44,822 nucleotides of DNA. Origin: Nemertoderma westbladi (lineage: Eukaryota > Animalia > Xenacoelomorpha). The DNA lies in NCBI GenBank assembly GCA_032718475.1, contig JAUCBJ010008872.1:1-44822 (forward strand), given 5' to 3'. How positions within the stretch are numbered: the first letter of the stretch is position 1; each line of letters begins with the position of its first letter. This document shows positions 1 through 11,899 of this stretch, one piece after another. The position numbers and the translations under genes are program-made. Under the pieces are notes generated by a model. The model did not search any database, was not told the origin of the DNA, and saw only the letters and a program-made list of their open reading frames with translations.

Positions 1-1465
1 GTTATTTAATATCGAGTTATCGGTATATAAATTTCTCGGATTATGATCAGTTCTATAGGGAATGTCATTATCAACAGGTCTATAATTACCCTTAATAGGG
101 TTCACTATAGGAGTTTCTACTTCGCTAGCAGTATATATGCGTGTAGGCTCCACACCTTGCGCATGCGATACTTCAGACCTAACAGGTTGACACATTGTTA
201 CAGAGGGTGGTGGTATACCCCTTTGAGTATTTACTAATTTATCGCGTTCGAGCGCGATACTTTGCTGCACTTCTTGCAACTCTAGTCTACTTTCCCTTAC
301 TGTGCCCTTGAATTGCTGGACAGTCTCCTGCATCTGCCCGAGCAGGATATCCATCCCCCGCCGTCTCTCGTCCACCCATTCGACCGCCGAAGCGGGAGTC
401 GCCAACGTTGTAGCGGGCGGACGAGGGACAACGGGCGACAAATTGTGAATATTTCGCTCGGGGTCCAGGACCTGAACTGTCTCTTGGGCAGTTCTGCGGG
501 GCACAGGTAGCTTAGTGCTATGCAGAGGGAATTTAGAGGTAGTTTCAGGGAGCACATGTGCGTCTATCACCGAAGGGGTGATTTCAAGAACAGGCCTAAT
601 TATTTCAGGCTCATCTACTTACTATAGTAGGGAGTCTTTCTATTTTAATTATTTGGTCTGTGGGCTCTGTACTACCTACTTTGGTGTTATTTAGTTGCCT
701 TCTAACAGCTGGAGGCAAATCAGGCAATTTCTGCCGGTGGAATGTTCTTTTACGTCTGCTTAGACGAGATCTATTTCCTTTGCCTTCAGTATCGGTGGTA
801 TCGCCTTCTTCAGATGATGTATATCCCTGTCTTTTGGGAGTAGATCGATTCATCATCTGCATATTACTAGCTGTTAACTGTTTACTGAAGTCGTCTTGCT
901 TCTCTTGAAGCGTTTCCAACTCCAGTTGGGCGATCTCTTCAGCCGCTCTCCGTTCTGCTTCTGCTGCTGCCGCTTTTGCCTCTGCCGCTGCCGCTTTTAC
1001 CTCTGCCGCTGCTTCTGCTACTGCCGCTTTTGCTTCTGCCGCTGCTTCTGCTGCTGCCGCTTTTGCCTCTGCCTCTGCCTTTGCTACTGCCGCTTTTGCT
1101 TCTGCCGCTGCTTCTGCTGCTGCCGCTTTTGCCTCTGCCTCTGCTTTTGCTGCGGCCTTTCTGTCTTCTATACGTTTTTTCCTTACTTGTTCTTCTTGTT
1201 CTCTAACGATGCGGAGTTGTTCATCGAATTTAGCCTGGTTCGCAGCCCTCATTTCCACATCGATGGCATCCAACACAAGTTTGGCTCCTTCGCTATTAGG
1301 GCTAAGTCCCTCTAGCCTTCTCCTCAACTCTTTATCTCCCACGAAACGCTGATAGTCTGACAGATAGATGTCAATGGCATCCCTCTTATGCGGTTTCTCT
1401 GCCGTCACTTCGCTCTCGGTTGTATCTAGTAGACTGTCTGACAGGTTCTGCCTTGCGTCAGACAT
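1..1465 (-). CDS. Gag-like/ORF1 of a probable LTR retrotransposon, with an Ala/Glu/Lys coiled-coil repeat, one frameshift near 620, and a frame that runs off the window edge
   Basis: ORF 611-1465 (284 aa, AEAKAAAAEA repeats). A second frame (VDEPEIIRPV...WVDERRRGMDILLGQMQETVQQF...DNSILNN) is open from ~620 to base 1. No diagnostic domain is visible, so the gag call is inferred from context. Confidence 0.45.
955..1160 (-). repeat. Coding GCA/GAG/AAA-rich repeat encoding an EAAAK-like helix
   Basis: Repeated ctgccgcttttgcctctgcc / gcttctgctgctgccgc on the + strand. Confidence 0.9.
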
Positions 1466-2799
1466 GCTTATGTGTACAGTTGAATGTCTACTGCTGTATT
1501 ACAGTCTGAGCAAGTCTAGTAACTCAGTATTACCTGCTAGCCTAGTAATTAATTACCGGTACTGCTACTCAGTGTAGCGTGATATATATAATATATTAGA
1601 ATACCGGTATGCTTATAGTATATATAACTATTATTACAGACTAGGTTTATCACAGAATACCGGTATAATTTTAGCACAAATATATATAAATATATAATAG
1701 GCCTATCGGAATACCGGTATACAGCTTACAGTTTGTAGTATATATAATTCTGGACTAGAATTAATTACAAGTACCGGTATAATTTCAGCCAAAATTTATA
1801 GAAATAAAGATAATAGGCCTATCGAAAATACCGGTATATCAATTATTTTAAATAATTGAATTTCTGAATTTTAGGGTTACTTGGTTACTTTACTTACTTT
1901 ATTACCGTTATTTGAGCAGTAATCCAACAGATATTGAGACCTAATGGTTGTATGGTAGGCCTACGATTTATAAATCGTTAGATTTGATTTATAATATATA
2001 TATACCCGTTTTAATGGGTTTTGTCAATGTTTGAAATAAATGTTATTATTTCTGGGGAGCAATCACTACACAAAGCGGTGCGCTTTCAGTGAAGTGTTAC
2101 GTACAGGACACTAAAACAAATAATACTAATTTACCTAAGTTACTTAATACTACAAATTACGTACAATTCGGGTTGAGATTACAATCTCTAAATAAACACA
2201 AAATTTTACAAAAACACAAATACGAATTTTTAGGGTAATTTTACAAGAAGTCTACAAACCAGCCTAACAAAGGGTTAGAAAACCGGTTATTACAACGGAC
2301 AGGGTACTACGGTATTTGAAATAATAAGTAGTAGTAAATACACTGCGTTGTCCAGATAGGAAAATACCACCGCCTGACGACCTATAGCCGTATCGCTATA
2401 GGTTCTACGTTATGTATCACGGAGTGTTCCTACCTAGAAGTTAATAGAGCTAATCGAATGTGCCTATCAACCACTTTACAACACAGATATAATGTCTACA
2501 ATAATTACTTCGGAAAGTACTGTACACTAAACCCTAAATTAGGTACGAGTACTTGTATAACAGATAATCAGTAGTTAAATATACTTGAACAGCTAAAAGA
2601 ACCACGGCATCTGCTGGAGTGACCGATGCACAAAATCACCAGTCTTGACCTACGCCGAGCAGCCCGTGTAGTAACGGGGTTAATTTAACTATAGCGGTAT
2701 GTATAACAAACACAATTACTGTAGGAACAAACTTGGGGAATGAATGTTGCGGATAATCGCATAAACTCTGAATAATAAATATTACGCTACGCGTACAAA

Positions 2800-3345
2800 C
2801 TACTCAAACAAAATACAGACTGAACACTGACAGACTACTATCAAGCCTAAACAAACTACGGTATATGCAGACTCCGAAATGATTAGGGAGTATGCGCTCT
2901 AACCCAGTAGTGCGACTTATTCTTTAGTTGGGGGTTTACCTTACAGCGTTCGCTGCCCCTACTGCCTAACCGTACTTAATCGGACAGATGATCTACACAC
3001 GCGGCAATCCGCTCAGACCTAATAACAGCCAGACAACTATCCAGCCTACAAATTATCTAAATAAAATTATACGCTACCCGTACAGACTTACACAAACAAA
3101 GTACAGACTAAACGATGGCAGACTACTCTCAAGCCTAAATAAACTACAGGACATGCAGACTCCGAAATGATTAGGGAGTATGCGCTCTAACCCAGTAGTG
3201 CGACTTATTCTTTAGTTGGGGGATTACCTTACAGCGTTCGCTGCCCCTACTGCCTAATCGTACTTAATCGGACAGGTGATCTACACACACTGCAATTCGT
3301 TCGGACTTAACAGCAATCAGACAACAGCTCAGCCTACAAATCGTC
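2800..3345. repeat. Tandem duplication (period ~288 bp) with a near-identical ~130-bp core
   Basis: actccgaaatgattagggagtatgcgctctaacccagtagtgcg...gatctacacac starts at 2871 and at 3159. Confidence 0.92.
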
Positions 3346-3741
3346 TGTACAATCTGATCAGGCTTACACGCCTTCTGTTCAATACTGGCCTACAAATAAA
3401 TAAAACTTGACAGAAATAAGTAAACCATATAAAGGTATAAGGGGTGATCAATCCCTAATCCCCTAAACAGCCTACCGGTATACAACAATCAAATCGAATA
3501 ATACTAGTGTACTTATACGGCAGTACCGGTTAGAACAGTTAGGCCTACTGACCTACAGGTGTACCGTTCAGGTTTACCGGTTGACCGGTACTTTCAACTT
3601 TATTGCTTACTGCAACAAAGAAGCTATATCCTTTAATGTTCGCGCTTTCAGACCTTTGGCAGTTTAACCCACCAAATTAAGATGTCTTCTAGATATTAAA
3701 TCTGTTTTTAGTCTATGACAAGTATTTGATTCACTACACTA

Positions 3742-4828
3742 GTCGAAACCAATCCGTGCGCGACCATTCACCCGCTGGAGATTCCCGGGAGATTGGGTTC
3801 GACGGTTTAATTTTATTGCTATGTAAGCCTAATGTATTATTCGACTGACAGTACTATATAATCTCTGACAATATTATTCACCTTCGGTAATATTAACAGT
3901 TCCTTTAGGACGTGGCGCTTTATCTATATAAACAGAGTTATGACTTAAACTACTCACAACGATATGGCTTAATTATAATTCACATATATGGCGCATTCTT
4001 TAGGAATTGCTTCTTTAACAGACTCACTCATACACAATGCTGCACAATACTGCACACTAATCTGCCAATCTTCACTGATTTTAGTCACATATAAAAGGAA
4101 CACAGGCTGACTCATGTAGGGTCTATCAAATAACATTAGATTCACTTCAAACCACTTCAACATAAGTCACAATCGTTATTGGTAACCTTTCTCTCTTACC
4201 TTCGGTATATCAAGAATATTGGGTTTCGGGGTTATTTATCGTTATTCCAAATATAATAATTCATCAACCATATTATGAAGAACTGACAGTAAATAGCAGT
4301 ATAAAACAACAACTGAACACTGATTGTTATGAGTTTGCAATGTTTCAGCAGTCAGTATGTATGATCAGTTAGCAGTGATTCCATGAGTCGGTAGTTAAAG
4401 GATATATGCCCTTTATAATTAAACCTACTAGTGTAAGACTAAAAACTGAAAACACGGAGGTGCCAAAGCCGGTTCTTAGGCTCTGGGCAAAAACATAACA
4501 CTGAACTACTGAGTTTCTGTATATACCTCCAACACAAAGATAACAAACGCTCTGATTGGTCAACCTGAACAACGAGAGAACAGAGAAACAAAGAAACGTC
4601 GACGTGGCAATATCAGCTGCTAGCTGTCGTCATGGTAGCGACACTGTTTTCAAGAGTATCGAGCTTTTACGTCACGGAATTACGGATTATGTCCTCTAAA
4701 GTACAAATACAGAAGAAATAGCTCTTATGTCCGCTAAAACACCAGTACAGCAAGGACACGGCCTTTTTATGCCTGGTAAACCAACTACAGAGTACTTTAC
4801 GGGAAAAATAAGGAAAAATAACCGGACA
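3742..4828 (-). mobile_element. Candidate PBS and 5' LTR of the left element
   Basis: The minus strand reads a TATA-like motif (~3925), then AATAAA (~3815), then TGGTCGCGCACGGATTGG (~3766-3749, PBS-like TGG start). A possible TGT start lies at 4828. No CA end or second LTR is visible. Confidence 0.35.
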
Positions 4829-4839
4829 ATTCAGTAAAA

Positions 4840-5615
4840 GCTTTTACAAGATTTCATGAAATTTGAAACAGAGTTAGTTTCACCTCCCTCCTCCTTGCTG
4901 GGTGAGCCAGAATTTTTATTTTCACTTTCATTATTTAGCTACAAGCGTTTAAAAAAGGTGTCTCTGGTGATATTTCTCCAGTTACACTCCAGTTATTCTT
5001 CAACCTTTAGTGATTTGTTGGTACTGAAGGAAAGCTGGCCATGTAAGGATTCCAAATATGTAACATAATCTGAATTTGGTTGGGAAATAGCTGAGATATG
5101 AGCGTTTCAAAAGTTGCATGGTTTTGCATCTGCATGAGGCTATTTTATTCTATTAAATAAAAATACCATATTCTAGAAAATCTTGTTTATTTATGAATAG
5201 CTACGTAATAGTATAATTAAAGAGGTATTGTATTGTTGCCCAGCTACGTATGGAATAAACAAAATGTTCTAGAATATGGTACATTAATTAAATATAATAA
5301 ATGGCCTGCAGGGGAAGCAAATACATGCAACATTCGAATGCCCATATCTCAGGTATTTCCTTATTATGAAATTCAAATGTTTTTACATATTTGGAATCCT
5401 TGCATGGGTAGCTTTCTATTGGTACCATCAAACCACTATAAGGTTGAAGAATGATTGCACTGTGACCTGTGAAATATCGCCGGAGACACATTTTTCAAAC
5501 GCTTGTAGTTAAAGAATGAATGCGAACATAAAAAATTCTGGCTCACCCAGCAAGGAGGAGGGAGGTGAAACTGAGCCTGTTTCAAATTTCATGCAATCTC
5601 ATTAAGATTTGTAGA
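4840..5615. mobile_element. Fold-back/MITE-like element (long imperfect palindrome)
   Basis: catgaaatttgaaacag...tttcacctccctcctccttgctgggtgagccagaattttt (4855-4920) is mirrored at 5530-5592. Pairing continues inward to a centre near 5200-5250. Confidence 0.88.
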
Positions 5616-5649
5616 AAAATTTGGGGGGGGGGGGTGGCAGGTATCTGAA

Positions 5650-7470
5650 TAACGACACTATATTCCAGGACATGGTTGGTGGTGTTACAATACTTACGCC
5701 GACGCAGCGGCGAATCAAGACAATGAGGTCTGTACATTGTGCGACATAGTGTCACGATGGTTGCCATGGTCCCGGGCCCTTCAACTGTTCCTCTTGTCGA
5801 AAGTACGAGGTTGTTCGACATAATTTACGGAACTATACCGACTACTGACGGGATTATCCAACCGACCGTTGGAACGTTACTGCGAATAATACGACAGACA
5901 CCATGGTAACAGTAGAATGCGTCCGGGATTGTTCTAGAACAGAAGATAGGAAGATACCCGGTCCTGCCTTGCCTCTCGAATTGCACTGGTTCGTATTTTG
6001 TAGTGAGGAAAATGCAATTATTTCACCTCAGTAATTTATTAAATATGAACCTTAACAAAATTGTCAGTTACTGGAGTTATAGTGATCCAAAAATGTGGGA
6101 GACACATTTGCAAGAAACTTTCGAAAAAATAGTTTCAATCAATTTCAGTAGTAAAATATAACAGTATATCACATTTAATAACCAACTGCGTTTTTAGAGG
6201 TAGTTTGTTGTCGTAGGATAGAGGAAATTCCTCAGAAATAATTAAATTATTGTTGTTATGGTGATTTATCTAGGGTGACTTGATGAAGCGCCAGACTTAA
6301 GATGTGAAAGTACATATCGATACCATATCAGGTCTTTTTGTGTTAAAGTGCAGTTTTGTTTTCAGCTGACTTTTCTAGAATTATAAACATTATTAGTAAC
6401 TAATAAGAAAGTATATATCTATGCTTTAGGTTTTATTGAGTTTGGTTTCATTTATTCAGGTAATTCCTACGTGCATCGGGACTCCATCAACGGCATCGCC
6501 TATTGCCGCTACTGCCACGAAGAGTGCGTGGGCGGTTGCTACAACGACACGCGGGCAGGCTGCGTCGGTTGTCGGGGCGTCCGACACCAGGACGAATGTC
6601 TGCGAACCGGTCCGCGGGGCACCTTCGAGAACCGAACGCGTTTCTGTTTGACGTACAACAACGAGACTTCGCAATCCCCTCGCGTTTCCGGGTTGGAAGT
6701 TGCGGAGATCGTCTATAAGATAGTCGTACCTGTCATTCTAGGGATTATAGTGATCGCGATATTGGCGTGTTTGTTTCTATGCAAACGGGAACAGAAGCAG
6801 AAGCGAGAGTACGCCATGCAGCTGGCGTCATTGAACGATTCTGCCCCGCTCTCCCCCAGTGGCGTCGCACCAAATAAAGCCCAGCTGAGATTAATAAAGG
6901 TAGGTAATTCTCAGTTACATTAATAAAGGTTAGTAATTCTCAGTTACATTAATAAAGGTTAGTAATTCTCAGTTACATTAATAAAGGTTAGATAGGGGGG
7001 GGGGGGGGGGGGGGGGGGAATTTTTAACGCAATAAAAATTCATCCCTCTCCAGGGGAAATTCGACGCAAATAACAGCTGATTACTCTCAAAAATAAAACT
7101 ATAACCTGTTCTATTGTGTTTGGTTTATTGTTTTGGTTAAGATAACGTGCCACTGTAACCTTCTCCTTTCCCTAAATTGAGAATTTAACATTGAGGCGAG
7201 ATATTAATTCGCAAAGATTGAGATTTGCGTCTGTGATTCTAAGCTAGATTAATAAAGGTTGCTAATTCTCATTTAGGCGATCTCATTAACTTTTTCATTA
7301 GGAAACTGATGAAGCGTCTTAGCATCCTCGGATCCGGTGCTTTTGGTACCGGCTACCGCGAGATGTGGACAATGACTCCAGAACAGAGTGGAGGTACCGT
7401 GAGGAAGATAATCGAGGCAGTTAAAGTTCTACACGAACACGCGGCAACCAAGAGCGCTGAGTTACTCGAG
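5650..7470 (+). pseudogene. EGFR: EGFR/ErbB receptor tyrosine kinase fragment (Cys-rich domain, TM, juxtamembrane, kinase N-lobe) in 3 disabled exons
   Basis: Exon ~5650-5988 (CHDGCHGPGPFNCSSCRKY, with frameshifts and a TGA; GT donor at 5989). Exon 6460-6899 (CHEECVGGC, TM IVVPVILGIIVIAILACLFLC, APLSPSGVAPNKAQLRLIK). Exon 7302-7470 ([26 protein letters not shown]...AVKVL...AELLE, then GT). These match EGFR [36 protein letters not shown]. Confidence 0.88.
6891..7018 (+). repeat. 29-bp tandem repeat spanning the splice donor, followed by a poly-G tract
   Basis: ttaataaagg(t)tagtaattctcagttaca about 3.4 times, then a G run at ~6995-7018. Confidence 0.85.
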
Positions 7471-8414
7471 GTAGGTGCTTATATGCTTTGTCTTACGTTG
7501 TATGTTACTATCAAAATAATATGTATATAATCATATTATGTACAACAACCACCACCTATAATAATTGCACCCATTTGGCTTCAACTAAATGTGTGTTTGG
7601 CACTTTTTAGTGCTCTCTCACTGTTTGTTGACTCAGTATCTTGACACACCTTATCACACCGCACTCTAACTCAGTCAATAGCCAATATTACATCCACCGT
7701 TGTTACTCACTTAATTATGTCCTTTATTGGTTTGGTATAATTCATCACAATTAGAACCTTAAAGTAAAGCGATCGATCGCTGGACGTGTGAAACACTACC
7801 ACCGGAGGTAACCCGTAAGCTCCTCTCTACAAAGCATTCGTGACGAATCGAAAACTTCCTTGGTCCCCCTCCTGGGCTCAAGTAATCACTTCTCTTAAAC
7901 CCAAAGCAATCTGTGGCTACGATTTTGTAACATTCCAGTCATCCAGGAGCCTGTAATAGTTGCAAACTAACACAAGCACGAATCCGTGTTTAGCACATGA
8001 ATACGCGTTTTCAGGGTTTTTTTTCAAATTCTGGACCATGAAAATAAATTAACACTTTTAAAAGGAATGTTGGTCAATTTTTAAACTCTATTTTCAACTG
8101 AATGTAACATGTAATGATATACTAATTGTTCAATCAATAATTACCGGTACTATTATGGTGGCAGTTAGGCCTTATTATAGTGACCCTATAGTTCGGTTAG
8201 CTGCAGGTGTTCTGATAGTATCGTAAGATCTCTAAGGGCGACTGCATTACCAGTAACAAATACAAAAGCAAGTAAAACTGATTGTTTTACCTTTTACATA
8301 TCGCCCCGGACAGAATACATTATGTGAATCTATGTTTTACACTGCAAACAATTCAGTTTAGCATTTCATAATCCGCGTTTTGACCGAGTTTAGAAAGCGT
8401 TCCCTATCTCCGAG

Positions 8415-9000
<586 letters not shown>

Positions 9001-9689
9001 AGAAAGGATGATTTGAGTGGATCAATAATAATCGATAATATTTATGAAAATCGGAAGATTTTTTAAGTAATGGAATAATTAAGAGGCCGTTCATAAATAA
9101 AGTCGTTACATAAATGAAGGTTTATTCAGTAAAATTTGACCCCAACCCCCCCCTCCCGAACTTGTACTATACTCCGCAAAGCTGGTGGCCTCGAAATGAC
9201 AACTTTACATACAATGGAATCCCTCTCAATAAAACTAACTGCTACGAATACATCGGTTTAATTATCCAGCCTTCACTCTGTTTTACCGAACATTTACAAC
9301 AAAATAAATATTGCGCCAACTCAACCACTCAGGTCTTTAAACCAGTTAACTTTGCTCTCAGTAGTAAAGAATAAAGATCGGCCACAAAATTTTCTATATG
9401 ACCGGTGTACAAGAAAACTCCCTCTTGAAATGACTCCTCAGTCATCTCAGCCTATGTTGAGTTGAGAACACTCCTCAGTCGACTCAGCCTAGGCTGAGAA
9501 CGGCTCTCTTACAGTTTGCAGTGCCACCTATATATTCAATATAATTCAAAAAAATATAATTGTTATAATTATATAATTTACTCTACGTACAATTGCATTT
9601 TGTTACGTCTTGTGTAGCTAATGTTTTTATTGTTTGTTACTAAACCGGGTACACTTCCTTCACTTCCTTCTAGTTTCCCTCATTATGAT

Positions 9690-10060
9690 ATGATAGATTA
9701 AAAATTATCATTTTATTATATCAAAAAATTGCAAAATGGCAAGCTAGCTAGTTTTTGTTTCTTGTTTTTTAAATGTTCTAGAACATTATCAATCCATTTC
9801 ATATAAAAATGAGGTTCTAGAACAAATATTTTTTGTTCTAGAACAAAAAATACAAAGCACTAGTTAATTTGTTAATTTTTTATTGTATGTTATCTTTGTA
9901 TAAATTTTTTATACTTGCTATTTTTTGTTTCTTTTTTTAATGTTCTAGAACATATTATCTATACATTAAATATAAAAATGTTGTTCTAGAACAAATATTT
10001 TTTGTTCTAGAACAAATATTTTTTGTTCTAGGACAAATATTTTAAGATCATTTTATTCTA
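9690..10060. repeat. AT-rich insert with repeated gttctagaac palindromes, probably a MITE remnant, found only in copy A
   Basis: Multiple tgttctagaacaaatattttt units; absent from the paralogous intron. Confidence 0.6.
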
Positions 10061-10747
10061 TAAAATATGGCTATAATGGCACAGTAAGAGTCCCCTGAGA
10101 ACACTCCCCTCAGGCTTAGATGACTCCCCTAACTTATTTATAATTCTTATTCGTACCTGTGTTATTTTCTTATATTCCAAAATAAAACTGTAACCTATGT
10201 TATTGAGATATCGTTTATTGTTTTGGTTAGAAAGGCCCGCCACTGTAACCTGCTCCTTTCCGTTAATTAAGAAATCTAGGGAGAAAACTGGGGAGTGTTC
10301 TCAGCAGAGGCTGAGAAGACTGGGGAGTCATATTTGGTGCGGAGTTATCTCCGCCTGTTACACCGTCCGCCCTTTAAATTATTACAAGAATCGGCAAACA
10401 CCTTGCGCATAACAACCTCAAAGAACTGGAAGAGATCAGAACCCAGCACATAAAATGTCTGCATCCTCAACCTCGGAGCAATGGTTTTATAATAAAGCGC
10501 TCAAATTAACAAACGGAAAAACCAGGACTCCTAGCGCTTTATGATGAAAGATTTCCATGATTTAATAGAAATAAATAGTAAATAGTACCTGTCCACCACC
10601 ATAGGTGATCTTCCACCACAGTAAACCCTTCTATTGTTTCCCAAGTTGCCTCGGTTCCCATTTATCGACCACTGAAGGATGAAAGTCAGGGTTGCGCTAG
10701 GCTGCAGCATTTAAAGCACTGAGCCCAAACAGTGTTGAACACTATAG

Positions 10748-11124
10748 GGGGCCGTCCAAGTATGACGTCAGCACTTTAGGGGGGGGGAGGGGGGTTGGGA
10801 AAATCTGATGACGTGCTGATGAGGGGAGGGGAGGGGGTCAGCCAAAATCTGACGTCAGCATGTTCATTTATAGGTGCTAGAAGAGATATAGCAGAAGAGT
10901 AAAAAGCTTGCCTATTTTAATTGTTCGAAGCCCCCGAAGGCCCGTAGCACGACCTTCTGTTTCAGTTACCAGTCACCATGTTTCAGTGATAAGGACGCGA
11001 ATTTTTTTTTAATCTGATTTAGGGGAGGGGGGGGGGTCAACGCATATCTGATGACATCTGATTTAGGGGAGGGAGGGGGTCAACATTTTGGGGAAAAGTG
11101 CAGACGTCATACTTGGACGGCCCC
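10748..11124. mobile_element. PIF/Harbinger-type MITE with a 3-bp TAG target-site duplication
   Basis: TIR GGGGCCGTCCAAGTATGACGTC...GACGTCATACTTGGACGGCCCC flanked by TAG on both sides. The empty site with a single TAG is in the paralog near 16698. Confidence 0.9.
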
Positions 11125-11608
11125 TAGGGATCGAACCAGGGCTTCCTAACTTGAAGCCCAGGAATGTCACCACTAGACCAAGCTGATGCTGCTTGGTCTA
11201 GTAAAGTAAAATAAGAAATATAAAAAAATTCGATGATAAAACTAATCCAAACAAGCCTGAAATCAGATAAACTGATAAATAATGGTACCGGTATATAATA
11301 GCAGTATTGCGCGCCATCTTGAGGTTGAGGCAGTGCGGATATTCCTCTGGGTGATTTTTTAGTGAAATTTAATAGTTAAATCTTATTTCAATATTGGTTT
11401 ACTGAACAAAGGAAACGTGGCCAAATATTATAGATAATAATAATGTCATAGAGAAAGGAGGTGGGGGGATCTCACAAAATTTGTGGTTGAAATGTTGGAT
11501 CCTGTATGCTAAGCTCACTAACTTCGCGAGTTGTACCACATTATTCAGAGTACCGGTAATATGAGTTATTTTCAATATACTGTAAAACCCAAGTAAAGGT
11601 TAACTCAC

Positions 11609-11810
11609 CTATAGCGGAAACTGTTGTTGGTTTAGGGCGCAACCGGAGGTTGTAGCTGTTGGAATGGTTTAAGTTGAAGTCGTCTAGAGACTGAGTAGTA
11701 AGTGTTGGTGAGGAGTTAGTGTCTGTTAGGGGACCCTGAGCGGTGTGGGGGGTCGAGTAGGTAGCGGTAGTGTCTGGGACAAGAACATGAGTAGTGTTGG
11801 TGGTAGCTAT
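11609..11810 (-). pseudogene. 3' remnant of ZNF exon 1 (copy A) with an intact GTGAGT donor
   Basis: TTNTTHVLVPDTTATYSTPHTAQGPLTD...TTVSAIG, matching 17288-17480. Confidence 0.85.
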
Positions 11811-11899
11811 CCCAGGAGGTTGATTGACAGACACTTCTAAGCTTTGATATTTAGCCGCTCTAGGTAGACTTACATTAGGCAAATTCCAAGTGATTTCCT

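Noticed and set aside
896-1315. Cys-rich and poly-Leu/Pro ORFs on the + strand
   Set aside because: These are antisense shadows of the Ala-rich repeat
7755-7955. Possible minus-strand exon
   Set aside because: The frames checked contain stops and have no recognisable homology
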